44,496 nt of DNA from Candidatus Omnitrophota bacterium. Lineage in GTDB: Bacteria > Omnitrophota > Gorgyraeia > Gygaellales > Profunditerraquicolaceae. A model generated the notes under the pieces. That model was not told the DNA's origin, did not search any database, and saw only the letters and a program-made list of their open reading frames with translations. A program made the translations under genes and the position numbers. This document shows, piece after piece, positions 29,966 to 38,633 of the stretch. The first letter of the stretch is position 1. Each line of letters opens with the position of its first letter. The DNA is taken from contig JAUYEC010000145.1 in assembly GCA_030691585.1 (NCBI GenBank), positions 1-44,496 on the forward strand, in the 5' to 3' direction.

Positions 29966-30652
29966 ATGAAGAAACGCATCAAGACTAACGGTTTCATAAT
30001 TTTTTTTAGCGTTGTGCTGATCGCGTTGTTCCCGGATAAGTTCCTGCGTTTTGCTCCGGGCCGGCTGGATAGCTTGTTAAGCTTATTGGGCTTGGCACTT
30101 TTGTTTTGCGGGATGCTCTTGAGGATCTCCGGCCGCGGGTATAAATCGGAACAGTCCGCGGGCGGTATCTTTTTAGTGCGGGGCGGGCCTTACGCCTTAG
30201 TCAGAAACCCGATGTACCTGGGTATTCTTTTGATCGGCGCCGGAGTTATATTGAGTTGTTTTAAATGGTGGCTGTTGTTGATCTTTCTGATCGTGCTGGT
30301 CGCACGCTACCTTACCCTGGTTTTTAAGGAAGAAAAATTATTGCTCTCGGCGTTTGGACAGGAGTATGCCAAGTATTGCATTAAGACTCCGCGGCTTTTC
30401 CCGCGGCCGCAAGACCTGCTTAAAAAGGACATAAGCTTTTACCTACCCCTGAAATTAAAATGGGTCAAAAAAGAGGCGAACAGCATGATCCCGATCATTT
30501 CGGTAGTGTTTGCCTTAAGGCTCTGGGCGGGATTTAAGTCCGGGGAGTGGGTCATTTTTATCCCGCAGCTTATCGGCATGCTCGGGATGGTTATATTTTT
30601 TGCCGTCTTGACAATGTCCCTGTCTAAAAAAGAAACTGTAGGGACAGCATAA
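29966..30652 (+). CDS. isoprenylcysteine carboxyl methyltransferase (ICMT)/phospholipid methyltransferase family membrane protein
   Basis: Polytopic hydrophobic protein with LVRGGPYALVRNPMYLGILLIG...FKEEKLLLSAFGQEYAKYCIKTPRLFP, the ICMT/PEMT-family C-terminal signature. The last 5 codons and the stop lie inside the palindrome at 30637. Confidence 0.75.
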   Translation: MKKRIKTNGFIIFFSVVLIALFPDKFLRFAPGRLDSLLSLLGLALLFCGMLLRISGRGYKSEQSAGGIFLVRGGPYALVRNPMYLGILLIGAGVILSCFKWWLLLIFLIVLVARYLTLVFKEEKLLLSAFGQEYAKYCIKTPRLFPRPQDLLKKDISFYLPLKLKWVKKEANSMIPIISVVFALRLWAGFKSGEWVIFIPQLIGMLGMVIFFAVLTMSLSKKETVGTA

Positions 30653-30667
30653 TATGCTGTCCCTACA
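30637..30667. repeat. family-A palindrome (A3) overlapping the 3' end of the ICMT-like CDS
   Basis: TGTAGGGACAGCATAATATGCTGTCCCTACA. It reads ...E-T-V-G-T-A-stop, with the TAA stop in the central CATAATATG. Confidence 0.95.
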
Positions 30668-30682
30668 TATTTGATTGAATAT

Positions 30683-31606
30683 ATGAAGATACTGCAGTGT
30701 AAAGCAAAGATTGTCAGCAGCCGCCGCATCCAGGGCGATTATTACAAAATCGTCCTGGCTTCCCCGGAGATCGCAGCTGGCGCTTTGCCCGGGCAATTTA
30801 TCAGCGTAAAAATTGACGGAGATTATCAGCCGTTATTAAGAAGGCCGTTTAGTATCCATCGCGCCAACAAAAGGGAGTTAGAGATCCTTTATGCCGTTGT
30901 GGGCGAGGGCACGCGGCTCCTGTCGCAGAAAAAACCCGGGAAGCATCTGGATGTTATCGGCCCGCTGGGGAATGGTTTTGATTACGAACGACCCCTCGAC
31001 GTTGCTCGGGGCAGGCGATCGACCCCTCGACGTTGCTCGGGGCAGGCGAATGACGGCCGACTGATTTTAGTCGCCGGGGGAATGGGTGTTGCGCCGCTTT
31101 TATTCTTGGCGGAGCAGTTGGTTTGTCGTCCGTCGTCCGTCGTCCGTAAAAATATCTTAGTTTTATTGGGCGCGAAAAATAAAAAAGAAGTTTTATGCGT
31201 AAAAGAATTTAAGAAATTGGGTTGCGAAGTCAAAATCTCTACTGACAACGGCTCAATGGGTTTCAAGGGTAAGGTTACGGATTTATTAAAGATTTTACTA
31301 ACGACGAACGACCCCTCGACTTGGTTCGACTTTGCTCACCACGGGTCGCTCGGGGCAGGCGAACGACCCCTCGACGTTACTCGGGGCAGGCGAACGACGA
31401 TTTACGCCTGCGGCCCGCGCCCGATGCTTCGCGCGATCAGCCATATTTCTTTAAAATACAATATTCCCGCGCAGATTTCCTTAGAAGAACATATGAGTTG
31501 CGCCATCGGAGCCTGCATGGGCTGCGTAGTGGGTACATTACAAGGGTTTAAGCGGGTCTGTAAAGAAGGGCCGGTTTTTGCGGCAGATGAAATTATATTT
31601 TGGTAG
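30683..31606 (+). CDS. pyrK: dihydroorotate dehydrogenase (class 1B) electron-transfer subunit, carrying repeat-derived in-frame insertions
   Basis: RRPFSIH (FAD site), GPLGNGF, LVAGGMGVAPL (NAD fold), and the C-terminal 2Fe-2S motif MSCAIGACMGCVV...CKEGPVF. ATG 30683 is preferred over the track's TTG 30671. The protein is about 50 aa longer than typical PyrK because of the inserts listed separately. Confidence 0.85.
   Translation: MKILQCKAKIVSSRRIQGDYYKIVLASPEIAAGALPGQFISVKIDGDYQPLLRRPFSIHRANKRELEILYAVVGEGTRLLSQKKPGKHLDVIGPLGNGFDYERPLDVARGRRSTPRRCSGQANDGRLILVAGGMGVAPLLFLAEQLVCRPSSVVRKNILVLLGAKNKKEVLCVKEFKKLGCEVKISTDNGSMGFKGKVTDLLKILLTTNDPSTWFDFAHHGSLGAGERPLDVTRGRRTTIYACGPRPMLRAISHISLKYNIPAQISLEEHMSCAIGACMGCVVGTLQGFKRVCKEGPVFAADEIIFW
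30986..31056 (+). repeat. family-C element, two tandem short-form copies, in frame within pyrK
   Basis: CGACCCCTCGACGTTGCTCGGGGCAGGCGA occurs at 30989-31018 and again at 31020-31049 (31-nt period). It is translated in two different frames as ERPLDVARGRR-STPRRCSGQAND, between GPLGNGFDY and RLILVAGG. Confidence 0.9.
31125..31147 (+). repeat. heptamer tandem repeat (GTCGTCC)x3 inside pyrK
   Basis: GTCGTCCGTCGTCCGTCGTCCGT is translated as CRPSSVV. Its reverse complement (ACGGACGAC)n resembles the ACGAACGAC flanks of family-C elements. Confidence 0.8.
31301..31399 (+). repeat. family-C element, long form plus short form, exactly 99 nt (33 codons) in frame within pyrK
   Basis: ACGACGAACGAC-CCCTCGACTTGGTTCGACTTTGCTCACCACGGGTCGCTCGGGGCAGGCGAACGAC-CCCTCGACGTTACTCGGGGCAGGCGAACGACG is translated as TTNDPSTWFDFAHHGSLGAGERPLDVTRGRRTT. 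It sits between LLKILL and IYACGPRPM. Confidence 0.9.
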
Positions 31607-31657
31607 CACCCGGCCATATCGGATTGGCCGGTGTGCCCTTGTGGGCTAGGAGGGACG

Positions 31658-32017
31658 ATGAACCCATTAATCTTTATCGGCATTGGTTTAGCGGCAGGGG
31701 TCCTCGGCGGAATGTTCGGCATCGGGGGCGCATCGATCAGTATCCCGGCGTTGATATATGTGGCTGGCTTTAGCCAGCACATGGCGCAGGGTACGCTTTT
31801 GGCTGCGATGGTCCCGCCTATCGGCTTATTGGCGGCTTTGCGCTACTGGCAGGCAGGCAATGTAAATATCAAGGTAGCCTTGATGATCTGCCTGGGTTTT
31901 TTTGTCGGCGGTTATTTCGGAGCCAGCCTGGCACAACAGATTTCGGAGCCGGTCATGAAAAAGATGTTTGGCGGGCTGCTTTTTCTGGTATCATTATATA
32001 TGATCTTCGGCAAATAG
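31658..32017 (+). CDS. half-size (4-TM) TauE/SafE (TSUP) family membrane protein
   Basis: MNPLIFIGIGLAAGVLGGMFGIGGASISIPAL...GGYFGASLAQ... has the Gly-rich TM1 typical of TSUP permeases. At 119 aa it is about half the usual 8-TM length. The RBS GGAGGG precedes ATG 31658. Confidence 0.65.
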   Translation: MNPLIFIGIGLAAGVLGGMFGIGGASISIPALIYVAGFSQHMAQGTLLAAMVPPIGLLAALRYWQAGNVNIKVALMICLGFFVGGYFGASLAQQISEPVMKKMFGGLLFLVSLYMIFGK

Positions 32018-32024
32018 AGGATAG

Positions 32025-32954
32025 ATGAGTCCAAGACTGAACATAAAAATAGGAAGATTAGAATTAAAAAATCCGGTGATGGTGGCCTCCGGGACTTTTG
32101 GCTACGGCGAGGAATTCAAGGGCCTTCTGGATTTAAAAAAGTTGGGCGCTATAGTCACCAAGACGATTACTCTAAATCCCCGCCAAGGAAATCCTGCGCC
32201 CCGCACCTGTGAAACGCCCGCCGGCATGCTTAATTCCATCGGCCTGGAAAATCCCGGCTTAGAAAAATTTATTACGGAAAAACTTCCGGTATTAAATAAA
32301 ACCGGCGTGCCGGTCATTGTCAGTATTGCCTCGGAAGGCGGCAGGGAGGAATTTGTGGAATTGGCTGCCGGGCTTGATCGCCTAAAAGAAGTGGCGGCAG
32401 TGGAATTGAATATATCCTGTCCTAACATTATCCATGGCAATAAAGCGCGGGCAAAGCTGATCGCGCAGGACGCCCAAGCGACTTATGAAACAGTAAAGGC
32501 AGTGCGCAAGGTCACGCGGAAAACCTTGATCACCAAGCTTTCTCCGAATGTTACGGACATTAGCGAGATCGCCCTTGCTGCTGAGCGCGGCGGCAGTGAC
32601 GCGCTTTCTTTGATCAATACCCTGGTGGGGATGAGTATTGATGTGAAAACCAGAAAGCCGAAGATCGCGGTAGCCACCGGCGGATTAAGCGGCCCGGCAG
32701 TGCGGCCGATTGCGGTCCGGATGGTCTGGGAAGTCTATAAACAAGTTAAAATTCCCATTATCGGCATGGGTGGTATAATGGATACAGCTTCTGCTCTGGA
32801 GTTTATCCTGGCCGGAGCAAGTGCTATCAGCGTGGGCACGGCTAATTTTGTCAACCCTAAAGCGGCCATAGAAATCATTGCCGGTATCAAAGAATATTTG
32901 ATCAAAAATAAGATTAGCGACATCCGCAGGCTTATCGGTAGCCTTAAAATATGA
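32025..32954 (+). CDS. pyrD: dihydroorotate dehydrogenase catalytic subunit (class 1B)
   Basis: LELKNPVMVASGTFGYGEEF...NSIGLENPG...ELNISCPN...GGLSGPAVRP...IIGMGGI are class-1 DHODH motifs with the active-site Cys. Confidence 0.95.
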   Translation: MSPRLNIKIGRLELKNPVMVASGTFGYGEEFKGLLDLKKLGAIVTKTITLNPRQGNPAPRTCETPAGMLNSIGLENPGLEKFITEKLPVLNKTGVPVIVSIASEGGREEFVELAAGLDRLKEVAAVELNISCPNIIHGNKARAKLIAQDAQATYETVKAVRKVTRKTLITKLSPNVTDISEIALAAERGGSDALSLINTLVGMSIDVKTRKPKIAVATGGLSGPAVRPIAVRMVWEVYKQVKIPIIGMGGIMDTASALEFILAGASAISVGTANFVNPKAAIEIIAGIKEYLIKNKISDIRRLIGSLKI

Positions 32955-33742
32955 AACGAACGACGAACGACCCCTCGACTTGGTTCGACTCCGCTCACCA
33001 CAGGTCGCTCGGGGTAAACGCACGACGAACGACGGAGCTTATTCTCGCCCTGGACGTGCCTACTCATGCGCAGGCAATGCGCCTGGTCAAACTGCTCTAT
33101 CCTAAGGTAAGGATTTTTAAGGTTGGCCTGCAGCTTTATACTGCCTGCGGGCCGAAGATCGTCGCGGATATCCGCAGGGCCGGCGCCGAGGTTTTTCTGG
33201 ACCTGAAGTTTAATGATATTCCTAATACCATGGCTAGCGCTGCTATCGAAGCGGTTAAACATAAAGCGGCGATGTTTACCGTGCATACGCTCTCCGGGCC
33301 GGAGGCACTTAAAGAGGTGGCAAAGGTCACCAAAGGTACCGGGACAAAAGCTTTGGGTGTGACCATCTTGACCAGCATCTGCGCGCATTTTTTAAAAGAC
33401 CTGAAGATCCAGCGCTCGCTTTCTCAGGAGGTCCTGTATTTAGCGCAGATGGCTAAGCGCTGCGGCTTAGACGGCGTGGTCTGTTCTGTCAATGAAGCGG
33501 CGCTGTTACGGCGCAAGATCAAAGGCAAATTTATTATCGTGACCCCCGGCATAAGGCCGGATGCGGCGGCGTGCGACGACCAGAAGAGGGCCGCTACTAT
33601 AAGCCAGGCCCTGGAAGCCGGAAGTGATTATCTCGTTGTTGGCCGGCCGATATTGGACGCGTCCGATCCCCTGAAAGCGGCGCAGAATTTTATTCGTCTT
33701 TGTAGGGGCGGGTTTGAAACCCGCCCCTACAGAAGATATTGA
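32951..33742 (+). CDS. pyrF: orotidine-5'-phosphate decarboxylase with repeat-derived N- and C-terminal extensions
   Basis: The core is LILALDV...DLKFNDIPNT...VHTLSG...VTPGIR...VVGRPI. The ATGA overlap with pyrD fixes the start, so aa 2-28 (KRTTNDPSTWFDSAHHRSLGVNARRTT) come from a family-C element. The last 14 aa (LCRGGFETRPYRRY) come from the family-A palindrome at 33701. Confidence 0.88.
   Translation: MKRTTNDPSTWFDSAHHRSLGVNARRTTELILALDVPTHAQAMRLVKLLYPKVRIFKVGLQLYTACGPKIVADIRRAGAEVFLDLKFNDIPNTMASAAIEAVKHKAAMFTVHTLSGPEALKEVAKVTKGTGTKALGVTILTSICAHFLKDLKIQRSLSQEVLYLAQMAKRCGLDGVVCSVNEAALLRRKIKGKFIIVTPGIRPDAAACDDQKRAATISQALEAGSDYLVVGRPILDASDPLKAAQNFIRLCRGGFETRPYRRY
32955..33034 (+). repeat. 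family-C element, long form, forming the 5' end of pyrF
   Basis: AACGAACGACGAACGAC-CCCTCGACTTGGTTCGACTCCGCTCACCACAGGTCGCTCGGGGTAAACGC-ACGACGAACGACG. It is about 90% identical to the long form in pyrK (31301). ACGACGAACGAC is present on both flanks. Confidence 0.9.
33701..33731. repeat. family-A palindrome (A1) read through by the pyrF 3' end
   Basis: TGTAGGGGCGGGTTTGAAACCCGCCCCTACA. The pyrF stop TGA lies at 33740-33742. Confidence 0.95.
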
Positions 33743-33756
33743 TACAGGAGAGTAAG

Positions 33757-34365
33757 ATGACACAGGATATCAAAGAGCTGATCGAAAAAATAAACCGGGA
33801 AGGCTTACAGGCGGCCGAAGAGAATGCCCGCGGCATCGAGCAGGCGGCAAAAGAAGAAGCAGCGCTCATCCTGGAAAAGGCAAAAAAAGAAACGGAAAAA
33901 TTGATCGCTGAAGCCAGGGAAAGTATCCGCTTGATGGAAGAAAAGCAGCAGGCGCTTCTGGCCCAGGCCGGCCGCGACCTTTTGCTTTCTTTGCGCGCCT
34001 CAATAAATGCCATGCTTAATAAAATCGTTGTTGAACGGATCCGGGATGCCCTTACTCCGCAGGAGCTGGCAACTTTAATCGTGAAGCTGGCCAAGCACGT
34101 CTGCGCCGACCATAAAGATGAAGTGGAAATTACTTTAAAAAAAGAAGATTACCAGGCGCTGGAGCATCATTTTCTCTCCGCGCTTAAAGAAGAAATAAAG
34201 AAGGGCATAACTTTAAAGCCGTCCCCTTATGTCCTGGGAGGTTTTTACATCAGCTTTGACGCCGGAAAGTCGCAGTTTGATTTTAGCGACAGCGCCCTGG
34301 CTGAATATATCGGGACTTATCTTAAGCCGAAACTTGCTGAAATACTAAATCCGGAGTCAAAATAA
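33757..34365 (+). CDS. atpE: V-type ATP synthase subunit E
   Basis: MTQDIKELIEKINREGLQAAEENARGIEQAAKEEAALILEKAKKETEKLIAEARE is the long charged N-terminal helix typical of V/A-type subunit E. The RBS AGGAGAG precedes it and it is first in the operon. Confidence 0.8.
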   Translation: MTQDIKELIEKINREGLQAAEENARGIEQAAKEEAALILEKAKKETEKLIAEARESIRLMEEKQQALLAQAGRDLLLSLRASINAMLNKIVVERIRDALTPQELATLIVKLAKHVCADHKDEVEITLKKEDYQALEHHFLSALKEEIKKGITLKPSPYVLGGFYISFDAGKSQFDFSDSALAEYIGTYLKPKLAEILNPESK

Positions 34366-34371
34366 TATATT

Positions 34372-34398
34372 GTTCGAGCGGGGTCGTCGTTTAGCCCC
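34372..34398. repeat. family-C fragment in inverted orientation
   Basis: GTTCGAGCGGGGTCGTCGTTTAGCCCC. Its reverse complement GGGGCTAAACGACGACCCCGCTCGAAC resembles a tail-head junction of family C. Confidence 0.55.
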
Positions 34399-34403
34399 TT
34401 GTT

Positions 34404-34434
34404 TGTAGGGGCGGGTTTGAAACCCGCCCCTACA
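34404..34434. repeat. family-A palindrome (A1)
   Basis: TGTAGGGGCGGGTTTGAAACCCGCCCCTACA, identical to the copy at 33701. Confidence 0.95.
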
Positions 34435-34451
34435 TAGCTGAGGTAAGAACT

Positions 34452-34985
34452 ATGGCGCAATTCTACGTTTACTTTATCTCCAGCTTGCCGATGTTGCATT
34501 ACGGCATGCGCCCGCCTTTTACTTTTGAGAGATTTCTGGAGAGCGCGGGAACCTTGATCGGCGAGAAGGACCGCGTTTTTTTAGAAAATCTTCCGGCGCA
34601 TATTGACGAATACGGCCCGAAGGTTGCCAACAGCACCGTAAAGGCGTGGCTTGATTTTGATACTGCCTTACGCAATGAGCTGGCAAGAATTCGCGGCCAC
34701 AGCAAAAAAATAGAAGCGGTGAAATTCCTGCGGCCTGTTACGGTGCATGCCGCGGACATCGCCTTTGTTGCCGCCTCCGCGCACCGCCATCCGCATATCC
34801 TTGAGGCTGAGGGCATATTGGATGCGGCGCGCTGGGCAAAGCTTGATGAATTAAATTTCGGTCATTACTTTGACCTGGACGCCCTGATCATATACGCCTA
34901 TAAATTGAAGATTTTGGAACGTTGGGACAAGATCAACACAGCGGACAAAGAAGGGCTTTTAGAAAATGCAGAAGCGCACGGGTAA
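34452..34985 (+). CDS. DUF2764-like protein (second gene of Bacteroidota/Chlamydia-type V-ATPase operons; possible C/d-subunit surrogate)
   Basis: MAQFYVYFISSLPMLHYGMRPPFTFERFLE... has the N-terminal Y-x-Y-L/F-x-S-x-L-P-x-L motif recalled from DUF2764 proteins. It lies between E and A and overlaps atpA by 20 nt. Confidence 0.55.
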   Translation: MAQFYVYFISSLPMLHYGMRPPFTFERFLESAGTLIGEKDRVFLENLPAHIDEYGPKVANSTVKAWLDFDTALRNELARIRGHSKKIEAVKFLRPVTVHAADIAFVAASAHRHPHILEAEGILDAARWAKLDELNFGHYFDLDALIIYAYKLKILERWDKINTADKEGLLENAEAHG

Positions 34986-36699
34986 GATCGTTAAAATAAT
35001 CGGCAATATGGTCACGGCGAGTTTTGATACTTACGTGATCCAGAATGAGGTGGGTTTTATTGTCCGGGGCGGCCTGCGCCTTAAGGCGGAGGTTATCCGC
35101 GTGCGCGGAGGGTGCGCCGAGCTGCAGGTTTTTGAAACCACCCGCGGCCTCAAAATCGCAGATGAAATAGAATTTACCGGCGAGCTCCTTTGCGCCGAAC
35201 TTGGGCCGGGGCTCCTGGGGCAGATCTTTGACGGCCTGCAGAACCCGCTTCCTGTTATGGCCCAGAAATGCGGTTTTTTCCTCAAGCCCGGAGAATACTT
35301 TAAACCTCTTGATGAAAACGCTCATTGGGGATTCACCCCTTTGGTTAAAATCGGGGATCAGCTGAAGCCGGGAGGGAGATTGGGTTTTGTTCCGGAAAAG
35401 ATCTTCAGGCATTTTATTATGGCCCCGTTCGGATTGAGCGGAGTTCTTGAAGTGGTAAATATTGCCGCCCCCGGAAATTATACCTTAAAAGACAGGATCG
35501 CCCAGCTTAAAGACGATCAGGGCAGGATCCACGATGCCTTCATGAGCCAGGCCTGGCCGGTAAAAATTCCGATCGGATGTTACGAAGAAAAATTGATGCC
35601 GCATGAGCCGCTGGTGACTAAGATGCGGCTTATGGATTCGCTTTTTCCGGTGGCCCTGGGCGGGACCTATTGCATACCCGGGCCGTTTGGCGCGGGGAAA
35701 ACGGTCTTGCAGCAATTGACCTCGCGCCACGCGCAGGTGGATGTGGTGGTCATTGCCGCCTGCGGCGAGCGCGCCGGAGAAGTAGTAGAGACTTTAAAAA
35801 CCTTTCCTCATATTAACGATCCGCGCACCGGCAGGCCGTTAAGCGACCGCACGGTGATCATCTGTAATACCAGTTCCATGCCTGTGGCGGCCAGGGAATC
35901 CAGCGTCTATACGGCGGTGACCATCGCCGAATATTACCGCCAGATGGGCTTGCATGTTTTGCTCCTGGCGGATTCCACCAGCCGTTGGGCGCAGGCAATG
36001 CGCGAGATGTCCGGCAGGCTCGAGGAGATCCCCGGGGAAGAGGCGTTTCCCGCGTACCTCGAGAGCCGCATTGCTTCTTTCTATGAAAGGGCCGGGGTGG
36101 TGCGTTTATATGACGGGATGTTCGGCTCGGTGACTATCGGCGGAGCAGTCAGCCCCGCCGGAGGAAATTTTGACGAGCCGGTCACCCAGGCGACTTTAAA
36201 AGTGGTGGGGGCATTTCACGGGCTCTCGCGCGAGCGCTCGGACGCCAGGCGTTACCCGGCCATAGACCCGTTGATCAGTTGGAGCAAATACCGCGGCATT
36301 ATTGAGCCGGAGAAGATGTCTACGGCACATGCATATCTGCGCAAAAGTTTTGAAGTCTCGCAGATGATGAAAGTAGTCGGCGAAGAGGGGACGCCGCTTG
36401 CGGATTACCTGGACTATCTCAAGGGAGAGTTTTTTGATTCTGTTTATCTGCAGCAAAACGCCTTTGATGAGGTGGATGAGGCAACCGCCAGCGACAGGCA
36501 GGTCTATGTGTTTGATCTTATACACCGGATAATGGAGGCAGAATTTATTTTTAAGGACAGAGAAGAAGCCTTGCATTTTTTTCAGAGGCTCAGGCAGTTG
36601 TTCCGCGGCCTGAATTCCAATACCTGGGGATCGGAAGAATTCCGGCGCAGCGAATCCGAGATAAAAAAGGCCGCGGCAGAAAAAATAGGCGTAAGTTAA
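34966..36699 (+). CDS. atpA: V-type ATP synthase catalytic subunit A
   Basis: Walker A in [14 protein letters not shown], with ...[33 protein letters not shown]..., 577 aa. Confidence 0.95.
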   Translation: MQKRTGKIVKIIGNMVTASFDTYVIQNEVGFIVRGGLRLKAEVIRVRGGCAELQVFETTRGLKIADEIEFTGELLCAELGPGLLGQIFDGLQNPLPVMAQKCGFFLKPGEYFKPLDENAHWGFTPLVKIGDQLKPGGRLGFVPEKIFRHFIMAPFGLSGVLEVVNIAAPGNYTLKDRIAQLKDDQGRIHDAFMSQAWPVKIPIGCYEEKLMPHEPLVTKMRLMDSLFPVALGGTYCIPGPFGAGKTVLQQLTSRHAQVDVVVIAACGERAGEVVETLKTFPHINDPRTGRPLSDRTVIICNTSSMPVAARESSVYTAVTIAEYYRQMGLHVLLLADSTSRWAQAMREMSGRLEEIPGEEAFPAYLESRIASFYERAGVVRLYDGMFGSVTIGGAVSPAGGNFDEPVTQATLKVVGAFHGLSRERSDARRYPAIDPLISWSKYRGIIEPEKMSTAHAYLRKSFEVSQMMKVVGEEGTPLADYLDYLKGEFFDSVYLQQNAFDEVDEATASDRQVYVFDLIHRIMEAEFIFKDREEALHFFQRLRQLFRGLNSNTWGSEEFRRSESEIKKAAAEKIGVS

Positions 36700-36710
36700 A
36701 GAAAGATCTT

Positions 36711-38006
36711 ATGCATAAAGTCTATACAAATATAATCGAGATATCCGGAGACGTGATCACGGTGGAAGCTGAGGGCATAGGTTATAATGAGATCGCCGAA
36801 GTCACAACCAGCCGCGGTACCTCTCTGGCGCAGGTCATCCGCCTGGACGGAAAAAAAGTGTTCCTGCAGGTCTTTGCCGGCAGTAAAGGCATTTCTACCG
36901 GGGACAAGGTGCGCTTTTTGTCGCATCCGATGCGCGTCTCTTGCGGAGAAGATCTCTTGGGGCGTATCTTTAACGGAAGCGGCCTTCCGCTTGACCGCGG
37001 GCCGGTGCTTTCTCAAAATCCCATTGATATCGGCGGGCCGTCGGTGAACCCGGTAAAAAGGATCATCCCGAATAAAATGATCCGTACCGGTGTGCCGATG
37101 ATAGATGTTTTTAATTCGCTGGTGGAGTCGCAGAAACTGCCTATTTTTTCTATCGCAGGCGAACCTTATAACGAACTGTTGGCGCGTATCGCCATCCAAG
37201 CGGAAGTGGACGTGATAATCTTAGGCGGTATGGGCTTGAAATACGATGACTATCTTTTTTTCAGGGATACGCTTGAAAAGCACGGAGCTTTGCCGCGTTC
37301 AATATTTTTTGTGCATACCGCCTCTGACCCGACCGTAGAATGCCTGCTTGTGCCGGATATCAGCCTGGCTGTGGCTGAGCAGTTCGCGCTTTCCGGTAAA
37401 CGCGTGCTCGTACTTTTAAGCGATATGACTAATTTCTGCGACGCGCTTAAAGAGATCAGTATTACTATGGAACAAGTGCCTTCTAACAGGGGATACCCGG
37501 GAGACCTTTATAGCCAGTTGGCCGCCAGGTATGAAAAGGCGGTGGATTTTGAAACCGCGGGGTCCATCACAATTCTTGCGGTCACCACAATGCCCGGCGA
37601 CGACGTGACCCATCCTGTGCCGGATAACACCGGTTATATCACCGAAGGGCAATTCTATCTGAAAAACGGGGTGATCGAGCCGTTCGGTTCGCTCTCCCGC
37701 CTTAAACAGCAGGTCAACGGCAAGACCCGCGATGACCACCGCCTGATTATGGATACGATGATCCAGCTTTTTGCCAGCGCCCGCGAGACAAAAGAAAAAC
37801 AGGCTATGGGTTTTCAAATGAGTGGCTGGGACAACAAACTCCTTAAATACGGCCTGGCCTTTGAGCAGAGGATGATGTCGCTTGCCGTGAATATTCCCCT
37901 TGAAAAAGCCCTGGACCTGGGCTGGGAGATCCTGGCTGATTGTTTTGAGCCGGAGGAGACCGGGATCAGGAAAGCTTTGATCGAGAAGTTCTGGCCGAAG
38001 AAATAA
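36711..38006 (+). CDS. atpB: V-type ATP synthase subunit B
   Basis: ...[14 protein letters not shown]...[44 protein letters not shown].... This is the non-catalytic B-subunit pattern, which lacks a canonical P-loop. 431 aa. Confidence 0.93.
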   Translation: MHKVYTNIIEISGDVITVEAEGIGYNEIAEVTTSRGTSLAQVIRLDGKKVFLQVFAGSKGISTGDKVRFLSHPMRVSCGEDLLGRIFNGSGLPLDRGPVLSQNPIDIGGPSVNPVKRIIPNKMIRTGVPMIDVFNSLVESQKLPIFSIAGEPYNELLARIAIQAEVDVIILGGMGLKYDDYLFFRDTLEKHGALPRSIFFVHTASDPTVECLLVPDISLAVAEQFALSGKRVLVLLSDMTNFCDALKEISITMEQVPSNRGYPGDLYSQLAARYEKAVDFETAGSITILAVTTMPGDDVTHPVPDNTGYITEGQFYLKNGVIEPFGSLSRLKQQVNGKTRDDHRLIMDTMIQLFASARETKEKQAMGFQMSGWDNKLLKYGLAFEQRMMSLAVNIPLEKALDLGWEILADCFEPEETGIRKALIEKFWPKK

Positions 38007-38007
38007 T

Positions 38008-38625
38008 ATGGCAAAAATTAAGCTGACTAAAGGCGAATTAAAAAAACAAAGAGACACCCTGAGGCAATATGAACGTTATCTGCCGACGCTGCAGCTGAAG
38101 AAACAGCAATTGCAGGCGGAGATACTGCACCAGCATAATCTGCTTTCGGAAAAGAAAACACTGTTGGAAAAGAAAAGGAATGCCGTTTTGGCCTGGGCAG
38201 GCCTTTTAGGCGAAGGGAACGTTATTCAAAAAGAATGGCTTATTTCAGAGAAGACCGTTGCTTCGGCAAGGAACATCGCCGGAGTTGAACTGCCGGTTTT
38301 TTCTGAAATGGCCTTTGCCCAGCCGGACTACGACCTTTTTCTTCTGCCCCTGTGGGTGGATAACGGGTTGGAAGCTTTGAGGGCAATAGTGGCGCTTGAG
38401 GCGGAGATTGTTTTCATTGAAAGAGGCATAGAGGCCCTCAAGCGCGAATTACGTATTACGACACAGCGTGTGAATCTTTTTGAAAAAATAAAGATACCCG
38501 AAGCCCAAGAGGCCATTCGCGTGATCAAGATCTATATCGGAGACCAGATGGCCAATGCCGTAGGCCGCTGTAAGATCGCCAAGCGCAAGATCGAGCAGGC
38601 ACAAATGCTGGAGGTTGCCGCGTGA
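38008..38625 (+). CDS. atpD: V-type ATP synthase subunit D
   Basis: MAKIKLTKGELKKQRDTLRQYERYLPTLQLKKQQL... and C-terminal ...TTQRVNLFEKIKIPEAQEAIRVIK..., typical of the central-stalk D subunit. Confidence 0.88.
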   Translation: MAKIKLTKGELKKQRDTLRQYERYLPTLQLKKQQLQAEILHQHNLLSEKKTLLEKKRNAVLAWAGLLGEGNVIQKEWLISEKTVASARNIAGVELPVFSEMAFAQPDYDLFLLPLWVDNGLEALRAIVALEAEIVFIERGIEALKRELRITTQRVNLFEKIKIPEAQEAIRVIKIYIGDQMANAVGRCKIAKRKIEQAQMLEVAA

Positions 38626-38633
38626 TCGTAGCG

